Positions 28,845 to 36,387 of a DNA stretch of 64,000 bases are shown one piece after another. A model generated the notes under the pieces. It saw only the letters and a program-made list of their open reading frames with translations. It was not told the DNA's origin and searched no databases. The stretch lies in IMG/VR virus record IMGVR_UViG_3300042516_005475, positions 124,001-188,000 of that record; one strand, 5' to 3'. The position numbers were made by a program, and so were the translations under genes. Position 1 is the first letter of the stretch. The number at the start of each line of letters is the position of its first letter.

Positions 28845-29724
28845 GCATTAGCTCAATTGCATCATCTTTGCCTTTGAGCTCAATGTCCCAAATTACAGGC
28901 TTGCCAAAATCCTTAGGCTTAGAGGCAGCAAAATCAGCATGATTTCTAGTCATGCCAATGCCTTCACTATAATGAAACACTGGAGTTACATTCCATGTTT
29001 TGTAAGCCAACTCAAAAGCTTCGTTATCGCTTTCCCCGTTGTTACAAAAATTATGATGCAAGGTATCGTAAGTGACAGGGATACCAGCAACATTATAGAA
29101 ATAACTACAAAGATTTTTGATATTCCAAGTACCATTTTTGTTATCGTTAACTTCTACTACCAAACGCTTCTTTACATTGCTAGGTAAGTTGTTATAGTTA
29201 TTAATGAACCTAGTAGAAATCTCTACAGGGTCCCCTTCTTGTCTGCAATGAATATTAAGACAGTTATAATAGTCTTGCTTTAGATTAAATCGATCAAAAA
29301 TATCTGCATGGCTAATTAGATCCCTAAAGCTATTTTTAATGACTTCAGGATTCTCGCTAGTGAGACTAATGAACTCAGATGGGTGAGCCGTAATACGAAT
29401 ACCAGAGCTCTTTATTAGCTCACTTGTACTTTTGATTACACTATTCATAGTATCAAAGTCAGGCAAGTCTTCTAGCCGTAGATCAACATCTGGATGATTA
29501 ATAACAGGGGTAATATCAGAAGACAATCTATATCCTTCTAGATTCATACTAACACAATGCTCAATTGTCTTATGAGTAACAACAAAGTTGTTTAGAATGC
29601 GTTGAGACAATGTCTTAATAGCTTCTTTCTTATCTAGAGATTTGAACCTAGTATAAGTCATCTTCTGAAACTTAACACCTTTGCGGCTAAGTTTATTAGA
29701 GATGCAGCATAGAGAGTAATTCAT
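28834..29724 (-). CDS. uvsE: UV damage endonuclease (UvsE/UVDE)
   Basis: YRLSSDITP, RITAHPSEF, NIHC, LVVEVND, TYDTLHH, FHYSE, HAD, DIELKGKD. Confidence 0.92.
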   Translation of the reverse strand: MNYSLCCISNKLSRKGVKFQKMTYTRFKSLDKKEAIKTLSQRILNNFVVTHKTIEHCVSMNLEGYRLSSDITPVINHPDVDLRLEDLPDFDTMNSVIKSTSELIKSSGIRITAHPSEFISLTSENPEVIKNSFRDLISHADIFDRFNLKQDYYNCLNIHCRQEGDPVEISTRFINNYNNLPSNVKKRLVVEVNDNKNGTWNIKNLCSYFYNVAGIPVTYDTLHHNFCNNGESDNEAFELAYKTWNVTPVFHYSEGIGMTRNHADFAASKPKDFGKPVIWDIELKGKDDAIELMLTA

Positions 29725-29915
29725 TTTTTAGATTCTTCTTTTAACTGACGCAGTCGTTCTTTCGCTAGCCTGTTCATCTCGATTTTATCACTTTCTAAGC
29801 AAGAAGGCCAGCGACCAATTTCATAACTTGTTCGGCCACAACCCGTACAGACGTCTTTAAAGTTTAGTTTGCATTGACGTCTGCACGGGCTCTCCCAACT
29901 ATCACTATAGCTCAT
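29721..29915 (-). CDS. DUF1289-like small Cys protein
   Basis: SPCRRQC...CTGCGRTSYEIGRW. Confidence 0.8.
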   Translation of the reverse strand: MSYSDSWESPCRRQCKLNFKDVCTGCGRTSYEIGRWPSCLESDKIEMNRLAKERLRQLKEESKK

Positions 29916-29923
29916 AAACCTAC

Positions 29924-30478
29924 TTATTCACTCTTACCGTTGTACTGCAACAGCTTCACTTTATCAGGATGACTAACACTGTTCTTTCGCAAGAGCTTCA
30001 AACCACTTCGACTAATATAGTACTGAACAATTGTATCAAGATCGACATTGTATTTCTGAGCCTTAGTAGTCAAGTAGTTCAACGGAGCCTTGCGAGTTTG
30101 CTTAGTGATAGGACAAGTAAGAACCTTGTAAGTCTCTTCGTACTTAGCACTACGCTTTTTACCTTTCTTACTAGTCTTCTTAATCTCTTTATTCTTCTCA
30201 AGAATAGCAGCCTTAACCTTGAGATTATCTTTAGCGTCTTGCAAGGTAGTATAAGTCCAACCATGCACACCCCATTGTGAGTCGCTAGGATATACTTCAG
30301 CAGGAGCAATCTTATTACCACCAATAACATAACCGTTATGGCTAGTAATATGAATCAGTTCATAATTAGGACACTTACTACCAGGAGCAATTTTCTCGTA
30401 GACGGCCATGTCACCGTTACGGAGAATTTGTTTGAATTCGAAACCCTTCGACACGAACAACTTTTCGATTTTCTTCAT
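29924..30478 (-). CDS. Basic early protein; C-terminal block paralogous to 23730..24149
   Basis: LTCPITKQTRKAPLNYLTTKAQKYNVDLDTIVQYYISRSGLKLLR. Confidence 0.65.
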   Translation of the reverse strand: MKKIEKLFVSKGFEFKQILRNGDMAVYEKIAPGSKCPNYELIHITSHNGYVIGGNKIAPAEVYPSDSQWGVHGWTYTTLQDAKDNLKVKAAILEKNKEIKKTSKKGKKRSAKYEETYKVLTCPITKQTRKAPLNYLTTKAQKYNVDLDTIVQYYISRSGLKLLRKNSVSHPDKVKLLQYNGKSE

Positions 30479-30488
30479 TACAAAGATT

Positions 30489-30570
30489 AGTATAGACTCT
30501 GCTCAGAGGAAAGTCAACGGTTCTTTTTCCGAAACTTCTGCTTGAGGTTCCTGCCCATAGGAGCCATACT
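30489..30570. promoter_or_regulatory. Divergent pair of TTCCT-box sigma70-like promoters
   Basis: Minus: TTGACT-TTCCT..17..TATACT (30517-30489). Plus: TTGAGG-TTCCTG..17..CATACT (30542-30570). Confidence 0.8.
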
Positions 30571-30588
30571 CTTACCTGTAAATAAGAT

Positions 30589-30846
30589 ATGAATTGTATT
30601 TTCTGTAAGAATCCCTTTCATGAAGAGCGAGCTGCTCTCGGCTTTAACTACTGCGTTACCTGCGCAGGCAAGCGACCTGTTGCTGCCTACAAGGGTATCA
30701 TGGTTTTCGGTCATAAGACCGCTGGAACCATGCAGGTTGTTTCTCCGGAGAACTTTGCCGATTACCGCAAGTATAACCCGTATGGTCGCCATACTGGCCG
30801 AGGCTCGGGAATTCACCGAGTTACGAAGACGACAAGTTCGATGTAA
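30589..30846 (+). CDS. Small zinc-finger early protein
   Basis: CIFC...ERAALG...CVTC...GHKTAG. Confidence 0.65.
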   Translation: MNCIFCKNPFHEERAALGFNYCVTCAGKRPVAAYKGIMVFGHKTAGTMQVVSPENFADYRKYNPYGRHTGRGSGIHRVTKTTSSM

Positions 30847-30901
30847 AAATAAGTTGCTTTCTGCGATAAATAGTTTATATTTAGTATGTTCTTTGAATGA
30901 T

Positions 30902-30976
30902 GCTCCAATAGCTCAGCGGCAGAGCAAGCTGTTTATAACGGTTAGGCCGTAGGTTCGAATCCTACTTGGAGTACCA
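30902..30976 (+). tRNA. tRNA-Ile(TAT)
   Basis: Stem AGCTG/CGGTT, loop TT-TAT-AA, canonical T arm, A73, CCA. Confidence 0.85.
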
Positions 30977-30981
30977 TTAAT

Positions 30982-31067
30982 GCCACGGTGGTGAAATGGC
31001 AGACACAAGAGACTTAAAATCTCTAGCCGTAAAAAGCGTGCCGGTTCGAGTCCGGCCCGTGGTACCA
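30982..31067 (+). tRNA. tRNA-Leu(TAA)
   Basis: Loop CTTAAAA, long variable arm, CCA. Confidence 0.92.
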
Positions 31068-31133
31068 AATTTGAAAATAAAAGTTGCTTTCTAATAAAAA
31101 GCAGTTATTATTTAAACGTTCTTTAAATCTTAT

Positions 31134-31210
31134 GTCCTCGTAGCTCAGTTGGATAGAGCTTTCGCCTTCTAAGCGAAAAGTCACAGGTTCGACTCCTGTC
31201 GAGGACACCA
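31134..31210 (+). tRNA. tRNA-Arg(TCT)
   Basis: GTCCTCG/CGAGGAC acceptor, loop CTTCTAA, CCA. Confidence 0.92.
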
Positions 31211-31225
31211 TTTTTGTTCTTTAAC

Positions 31226-31301
31226 GGTCCATTCGTCTAATGGTTTAGGACAGCAGGTTTTCAACCTGTTAATAGGAGTTCGATTCTCCTATGGACTACC
31301 A
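31226..31301 (+). tRNA. tRNA-Glu(TTC)
   Basis: GGTCCAT/ATGGACT acceptor, loop TTTTCAA, CCA. Confidence 0.9.
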
Positions 31302-31309
31302 AATTTAAC

Positions 31310-31382
31310 TGCGGGATGGAGCAGTGGCAGCTCGTCTGGCTCATAACCACGAAGGTCGAGGGTTCGAGTCCCTCTCCCGCTA
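31310..31382 (+). tRNA. tRNA-fMet(CAT), initiator-like, lacking encoded CCA
   Basis: U1:U72 mismatch, GGAGCAG..GCTCGT initiator-like D arm, loop CTCATAA; irregular anticodon stem; followed by GAG instead of CCA. Confidence 0.82.
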
Positions 31383-32116
31383 GAGTGAGCGCAAACTACT
31401 TGCACGTAGTTCACTTGCACACCTTATTGGTGACCAAATGTTTGCAACCTAGAGTTTATTATATCAATAATAATATTGAGGTAAGTGTAACTTGATTGTT
31501 CTTTGAAATATTTTTGCTGTGTTGTATCTATAATACACAAATCAATTTTATTCGCTATACACTGATAAAATTTATTGTTATCATTTTTTTGTATTTGATT
31601 CAATATTTTGTCACCGTAAATTGATTCATAATGAAAAATACCATTCAATTCAAATGCTAATCCTAATTTAGGTAAATATATATCTAATTCAGAATATATA
31701 GCTTCTTTACTATTAAACAAAATAGTTAACTCAGGGTATTTTTCTTTTAACTTATTTTCAATCCATATCTCAAGCTTAGATCTTCTCGTGCCATGTTTTT
31801 TGTGAGTATTGTTATACCTAGCAGAGCAGTTTTTACTACAAAAAGTATTTTTTCTGGATTTGTATGGTAAAGAAATACCACACTGTTTACATTTTCGTGG
31901 TTGAGATTCATAAAATGTGTGTATTTCTGCTGTTTTTGTACTATGATACTTACCTCTACCGTTTGTGTGGTTAACAGTATTATTGTAAGAATACCAACAA
32001 CTACGTTTATGACTATTTAAAGCTAACAAATTTTTAAGTTCTTTTTTGCACTTCGAGCAGGAGACCATATAATATTATTTATGAAAAATGGATTTCAAAT
32101 CCCTCTCCCGCTACCA
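31369..32116 (-). mobile_element. Free-standing endonuclease cassette bounded by a 14-bp direct repeat of the tRNA-fMet 3' end
   Basis: TCCCTCTCCCGCTA at 31369..31382 and at 32100..32113; the second copy is preceded by TTCAAA and followed by CCA. Confidence 0.75.
31424..32068 (-). CDS. Zinc-finger plus Vsr-like PD-(D/E)XK homing endonuclease
   Basis: CSKC..HxxxC, CKQC..FCSKNC; SKLE...ELDIYLPKLGLAFELNGIFHY. Confidence 0.8.
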   Translation of the reverse strand: MVSCSKCKKELKNLLALNSHKRSCWYSYNNTVNHTNGRGKYHSTKTAEIHTFYESQPRKCKQCGISLPYKSRKNTFCSKNCSARYNNTHKKHGTRRSKLEIWIENKLKEKYPELTILFNSKEAIYSELDIYLPKLGLAFELNGIFHYESIYGDKILNQIQKNDNNKFYQCIANKIDLCIIDTTQQKYFKEQSSYTYLNIIIDIINSRLQTFGHQ

Positions 32117-32209
32117 ATGTGAGTTTGTCAGTGAGTACTCATTAAAAACTGAATGGTGGAGGTGGCTAGAAATAGCCTCTAGAGTTAAGATTCTCTTTAA
32201 AAAATCTAT

Positions 32210-32286
32210 GGCTCTTTGGTGAAATTGGATTATCATAAGACCCTACGAAGGTCCTGTTCTAGGTTCAAATCCTAGAGGAGCCACCA
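32210..32286 (+). tRNA. tRNA-Arg(ACG)
   Basis: Loop CTACGAA, T arm CTAGG-TTCAAAT-CCTAG, CCA. Confidence 0.9.
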
Positions 32287-32343
32287 ATTTAAAACCGTAA
32301 GTAACATAAATACTTACAGTTCATTGACAATTTTAAGAATTTC

Positions 32344-32429
32344 GGGGTATTATACCGCTAAAGAGACGGTCCAGACTGTAAATCTGGCGCTTAACAGCTC
32401 GGTAGGAGCATTACCTACATACCCCACCA
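32344..32429 (+). tRNA. tRNA-Tyr(GTA) with non-canonical T loop
   Basis: GGGGTAT/ATACCCC acceptor, CCAGA-CTGTAAA-TCTGG, long variable arm, T loop AGCATTA, CCA. Confidence 0.82.
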
Positions 32430-32431
32430 CT

Positions 32432-32507
32432 CCACTGATAGCTCAGATGGTAGAGCGTCTCCCTGAAGAGGTGAAGGTCGCAAGCTCGAAACTTGCTCAG
32501 TGGACCA
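32432..32507 (+). tRNA. tRNA-Phe(GAA)
   Basis: CCACTGA/TCAGTGG acceptor, loop CTGAAGA, T loop CTCGAAA, CCA. Confidence 0.82.
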
Positions 32508-32515
32508 TTTTTTGC

Positions 32516-32592
32516 GGGGTTGTAGCTTAATTGGTTAAAGCATCAGTCTGTCACATTGAAGAGTGCGGGTTCGAGTCCCGTCAATCCCGCCA
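32516..32592 (+). tRNA. tRNA-Asp(GTC)
   Basis: Loop CTGTCAC, G73, CCA. Confidence 0.9.
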
Positions 32593-32728
32593 TAACTTTA
32601 AAGTAGGTATCAACGTGCTGTGTTGGTATTAAAAAGCTAACCTACTTTTTTGAGGTTCACACAGTATTACATAGCCGCGATCGAGGCCATAATGATGTAT
32701 TAACTGATTGGCTCAGACGACCTCATAT

Positions 32729-32806
32729 ATCCGGGAATGTTCCAAGGCTAGGCGACAGAGTCTCCAAAACTCAGTGAGGTAAGTTCGATTCTTACCCCGG
32801 ATGCCA
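32729..32806 (+). tRNA. tRNA-Trp(CCA)
   Basis: ATCCGGG/CCCGGAT acceptor, loop CTCCAAA, G73, CCA. Confidence 0.85.
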
Positions 32807-32811
32807 TTTTC

Positions 32812-32886
32812 GGTACAGTAGCACAGTGGTAGTGCAGAGTCTTGATAAGGCTAAGGTCGCAGGTTCAATCCCTGCCTGTACCACCA
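32812..32886 (+). tRNA. tRNA-Ile(GAT)
   Basis: GGTACAG/CTGTACC acceptor, loop TTGATAA, CCA. Confidence 0.9.
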
Positions 32887-32920
32887 AATTTTTAACATAC
32901 AGATGAAGGCGACAAGCTAG

Positions 32921-32992
32921 TATATGTAGAGCGGTTCTCCACCCTAACATTTACCCGGGCGGGTGATCTCGGTTCGACTCCAAGAACATATA
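32921..32992 (+). ncRNA. tRNA-like cloverleaf with 16-nt anticodon loop, no CCA
   Basis: TATATGT/ACATATA acceptor, GAG/CTC mini D arm, CACCC/GGGTG stem, T arm CTCGG-TTCGACT-CCAAG. Confidence 0.5.
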
Positions 32993-33109
32993 TTATGCAA
33001 CGAAGTAGTAACTGTATGGGACACTGATAGACGACTGTATTTAAAGTGTAACCGGAACAATTAGAATACAGTTGGAACGTTTCGTGAAGTCCAGTAAACA
33101 CTTTTCAAC

Positions 33110-33185
33110 TCCAGAGTAGCTCAATGGTAGTAGCGACGCGCTGTTAACGCGTAGGTTGTAGGTTCGAGTCCTACCTCTGGAGCCA
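33110..33185 (+). tRNA. tRNA-Asn(GTT)
   Basis: TCCAGAG/CTCTGGA acceptor, loop CTGTTAA, G73, CCA. Confidence 0.92.
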
Positions 33186-33315
33186 ATTTTTTGTTTAGTG
33201 TCAGCAGGCTCATGATGCTGAAGAAAGACGCAAATAGCGCAACTTGCGGTCGTGGAGAATGAGTAGGTCTTAACACCTTGTATGGTACCTTTAAACCAAC
33301 ATTAAACATATTTTC

Positions 33316-33399
33316 GGGCTTGTGATGAAATGGCAGACATAGCGGTCTTAGAAGCCGTTGCTGAAAAGCGTGGAGGTTCAAGTCCTCTCGAGCCCACCA
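33316..33399 (+). tRNA. tRNA-Leu(TAG)
   Basis: Loop CTTAGAA, long variable arm, CCA. Confidence 0.92.
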
Positions 33400-33407
33400 A
33401 ATTCAAC

Positions 33408-33484
33408 GGTGCATGTAGCTCAATTGGTAGAGCCTTGGCTTGTGGAGCCAATTGTTACGGGTTCGAGCCCCGTCATGCACACCA
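33408..33484 (+). tRNA. tRNA-His(GTG)
   Basis: Encoded G-1, GTGCATG/CATGCAC acceptor, loop TTGTGGA, A73, CCA. Confidence 0.9.
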
Positions 33485-33488
33485 TTTC

Positions 33489-33565
33489 GCGCCAAGACGG
33501 AGCTGGGTAACTGAGCAGTCTGCAAAACTGTTAAATGGTGGGTTCGATTCCCACTTGGCGCTCCA
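33489..33565 (+). tRNA. tRNA-Cys(GCA)
   Basis: GCGCCAA/TTGGCGC acceptor, loop CTGCAAA, U73, CCA. Confidence 0.9.
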
Positions 33566-33605
33566 TTTTTCTTGATCTTCTCTTAAATCAATCTAATATT
33601 ATTAC

Positions 33606-34352
33606 ATGAAGCTTAGCTCAGCTAACAAGAAAATTGTTGTGTTCTCTGATGTACACAATGAAATTAACAAAACAAAAAAGATCATAGAAAAGGAGAGTGC
33701 AGATTATAACATTTGCCTAGGGGATTGGTTTGATAGTTTTTATTTAGATAACACCTATCATTACAAGCTTGCTGCAGAGTATCTTGTAAATGAGTTTTTA
33801 CCTAAACAGAACAATATTTCTCTTTTCGGTAATCACGACCTTCATTATTTCTTTAAAAATCAATACACCATGTGTAGCGGTTTTGAGCGTCGCAAACATG
33901 AAGCAATTAGTGAGATTATAAATTATTCTTTTGTAGATAAGTTCAAATGGTACATTTGGATTGATAACTACCTATGTACTCACGCTGGTCTGCACCCTAA
34001 TTTCATTGATCCTACATGTAAGAATAATGAAGATATTGATATCTTTCTACAAAAAGAGTCTGAGCGAGCTGATTCAGCTCTTATTGATCAACAGGAGCAT
34101 TGGTTTTACGGTGCTGGTTTTTCTCGTGGTGGTAAATATCGCCAAGGGGGCATTGTTTGGTTAGACTTCAACGATGAGTTTGAATGTGTTGAAAACCTTA
34201 ATCAGATTGTTGGTCACACTAATCAGCGCAATAATAATTGTTCAATTTTAATTAAAGACAATTCCGATAATATCTGTATTGATTGCCATCAGAACCAATA
34301 CCTAGTTATTCAAAACGAAAAAATTAATATTAAAAATTACATTGATTTGTGA
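33606..34352 (+). CDS. Calcineurin-like metallophosphoesterase
   Basis: FSDVHN, CLGDWFD, FGNHD, THAG, QIVGHT. Confidence 0.9.
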   Translation: MKLSSANKKIVVFSDVHNEINKTKKIIEKESADYNICLGDWFDSFYLDNTYHYKLAAEYLVNEFLPKQNNISLFGNHDLHYFFKNQYTMCSGFERRKHEAISEIINYSFVDKFKWYIWIDNYLCTHAGLHPNFIDPTCKNNEDIDIFLQKESERADSALIDQQEHWFYGAGFSRGGKYRQGGIVWLDFNDEFECVENLNQIVGHTNQRNNNCSILIKDNSDNICIDCHQNQYLVIQNEKINIKNYIDL

Positions 34353-34376
34353 CCGTAGTTTAGATAATATCTTTAT

Positions 34377-34637
34377 ATGCAAAAAGACCTATATGTTAAG
34401 GAGCCGTTTCCAGTTCGGCATGATGATCTAAAGTTTGATGGTAACAATATTGTTATTCCTTTTTACTGGGCATGTTCTATTGAGGATTATCTTAGCAAAG
34501 TTAATACTAATCAAATGGAAGAAGCAGATGTAGAAGAGCTTAAGGAGCTAAAGGCTTTTATCTCTGATGTGCTCGACTATCGTAACGATCCAAATAACTA
34601 TAAACCTTCTTCCTACCACTTCGAAGGGACTAACTAA
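34377..34637 (+). CDS. Acidic hypothetical protein
   Basis: ORF track. Confidence 0.55.
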   Translation: MQKDLYVKEPFPVRHDDLKFDGNNIVIPFYWACSIEDYLSKVNTNQMEEADVEELKELKAFISDVLDYRNDPNNYKPSSYHFEGTN

Positions 34638-34638
34638 T

Positions 34639-35235
34639 ATGGGAATGTTTGATTACGTTGATGTTCAGTATCCAGTGCCAATGCCAAAAGACCCAAAGGG
34701 GTACACTGGAACTCATAGCTTTGGTTATCAAACCAAGGATCTAGAAAATTGTCTTACTTCTTACCAGATTCGTAAAGATGGTTCTGTGTGGTGGAAGCAA
34801 GTTAAGTCAAAGTATGTGGCTGGAAATGAAAATTCAGATAGTATCTTTGGTCGTTTAGGTCGCATGGAACCTATTAGCTCCAAGTGGGTTCGTGTTGAAA
34901 ATATACCCAAGTCTATTAATGTTTACGATTATAATGAGAGCGAAAAGGGAGACTTTGACTATTTTATTGAATATGAAATCTCTTTTGCAAAGGGTAGAGT
35001 GAAAAAAGTTAAGCTTGTTAAGTTTGAGGCTAATGATAATTCAGGTCGCAAGGCGCGTACTGCTGAGTGGCAAAAGAAATGGGAACAGCGTGACAAGTTT
35101 TGTAGCAAGTGGTATTTCAAATATATTTTATCTCATTGGAATAAGTTCATTTGTAAGTCTGAAAGGATGATTCATAAAATGTTAACCTTTGCGACCAGTA
35201 ATTTATATAATACTAGTAGACGTTTGAAGTTCTAA
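34639..35235 (+). CDS. Conserved phage hypothetical protein (MGMFDY...QTKDL family)
   Basis: Start moved to ATG 34639; MGMFDYV, YQTKDLEN. Confidence 0.6.
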   Translation: MGMFDYVDVQYPVPMPKDPKGYTGTHSFGYQTKDLENCLTSYQIRKDGSVWWKQVKSKYVAGNENSDSIFGRLGRMEPISSKWVRVENIPKSINVYDYNESEKGDFDYFIEYEISFAKGRVKKVKLVKFEANDNSGRKARTAEWQKKWEQRDKFCSKWYFKYILSHWNKFICKSERMIHKMLTFATSNLYNTSRRLKF

Positions 35236-35284
35236 TAATACCTAAGGTTATACATTACTACACGTTCCTCTGAAATTTCCCGGT

Positions 35285-35319
35285 TCCTCCTTGCAGTTCC
35301 TGGAGAAACCGCCTATATT
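35285..35319 (+). promoter_or_regulatory. TTCCT-box sigma70-like promoter
   Basis: TTCCTCC-TTGCAG-TTCCTG..17..TATATT; ATG at 35329. Confidence 0.78.
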
Positions 35320-35328
35320 AAATGGGTA

Positions 35329-35508
35329 ATGAATAAGAACTTCAAGTCTCAGTACACCGAAACTCTCACCGAGAAGCAGTCTGCCAACCTCGCTGCCTGG
35401 CAGCGTTGGGGTGAGAAGATGAAGATGATGCGTTCCATTCACGTGGAACTCGGCCGTGTTAACGAGGCTGTTGTTGAAATTACTGAAACCGAAAATGAAC
35501 AAAACTAA
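35329..35508 (+). CDS. Small early protein (59 aa), absent from the ORF track
   Basis: MNKNFKSQYTETLTEKQSANLAAWQRWGEK...; early-type codon usage. Confidence 0.6.
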   Translation: MNKNFKSQYTETLTEKQSANLAAWQRWGEKMKMMRSIHVELGRVNEAVVEITETENEQN

Positions 35509-36268
35509 AGGAATTATTTTGGCTGGGGGTAATGGCTCAAGGCTTTACCCCCTTACATATGCTACATCTAAACAGCTCTTGCCTGTTTATGATAAGCCTA
35601 TGATCCACTATCCTGTTTCTCTTATGTTACAGGGAGGAATTAGAGATATCTTGATTATTGTTTCAAATGAATATTATATCCCTTTGTTCAAGAGGGCCCT
35701 AATCAAGGCTAATGCTAATATTTCTTATATTGTCCAAGAAGCTCCGTTGGGATTGGCTCACGCCTTTATTCTAGGAGAGGAGTTTATTGGTGATAGCAAT
35801 GTATGTCTAATGCTAGGAGATAATATCTTTCATGGAGAAGGTGTTAAGCAAATTGTTTACACAGCAAACAAAAATATGATTTATGGTGTCGAGGTTAAAA
35901 ACCCGAGTGACTATGGAGTCATGAAGTTTACAAAAACTATGGGGTGTGATTATCTCGAATATAATCACCTTGAAGAAATTGTAGAGAAGCCAAAAGATTA
36001 TGTTTCTAGTTACGCTGTACCTGGTCTTTATTTCTTTGATAATACTGTAGTAGAGAGAGCTAAGGCAGTTAAGCCGTCTGCTCGAGGCGAGCTTGAGATT
36101 GTTGATGTCATTAATTCTTATCTTAAAGAAGATAAGATGGCTTTTGATTTTCTAGATAATATCATATGGTTCGATTGTGGTACTCACGACCATTTGCTAG
36201 CAGCTGGTAACTATGTACAAGCTGTTCAGCAACGTACAACTCAAATCATAGGAGATGTAAACATTTAA
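35495..36268 (+). CDS. rfbA: Glucose-1-phosphate thymidylyltransferase
   Basis: GIILAGGNGSRLYPLT..SKQLLPVYDKPMIHYP, LGDNIF, EKPK, PSARGELEI, WFDCGT. Confidence 0.95.
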   Translation: MNKTKGIILAGGNGSRLYPLTYATSKQLLPVYDKPMIHYPVSLMLQGGIRDILIIVSNEYYIPLFKRALIKANANISYIVQEAPLGLAHAFILGEEFIGDSNVCLMLGDNIFHGEGVKQIVYTANKNMIYGVEVKNPSDYGVMKFTKTMGCDYLEYNHLEEIVEKPKDYVSSYAVPGLYFFDNTVVERAKAVKPSARGELEIVDVINSYLKEDKMAFDFLDNIIWFDCGTHDHLLAAGNYVQAVQQRTTQIIGDVNI

Positions 36269-36387
36269 TATGAACGGAAAAGGAGACAAACCTCGTAATT
36301 GCTTCAGTAAAGACTACAAGAGCAACTACGATGAAATTAACTGGAATACTAGCTCAGAGAGTAACTTTAAAGATAGCAAGGAAACCA

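Noticed and set aside
31369-32116. The fMet-associated insert as a tRNA intron or an integrase-borne island
   Set aside because: The tRNA is complete upstream of the insert, no group I/II core is visible, the ORF is antisense, and no recombinase is present.
31023-33575. ORF-track entries 31023..31211, 32324..32530, 32892..33101, 33121..33381 and 33330..33575
   Set aside because: Shadow ORFs over the tRNA array.
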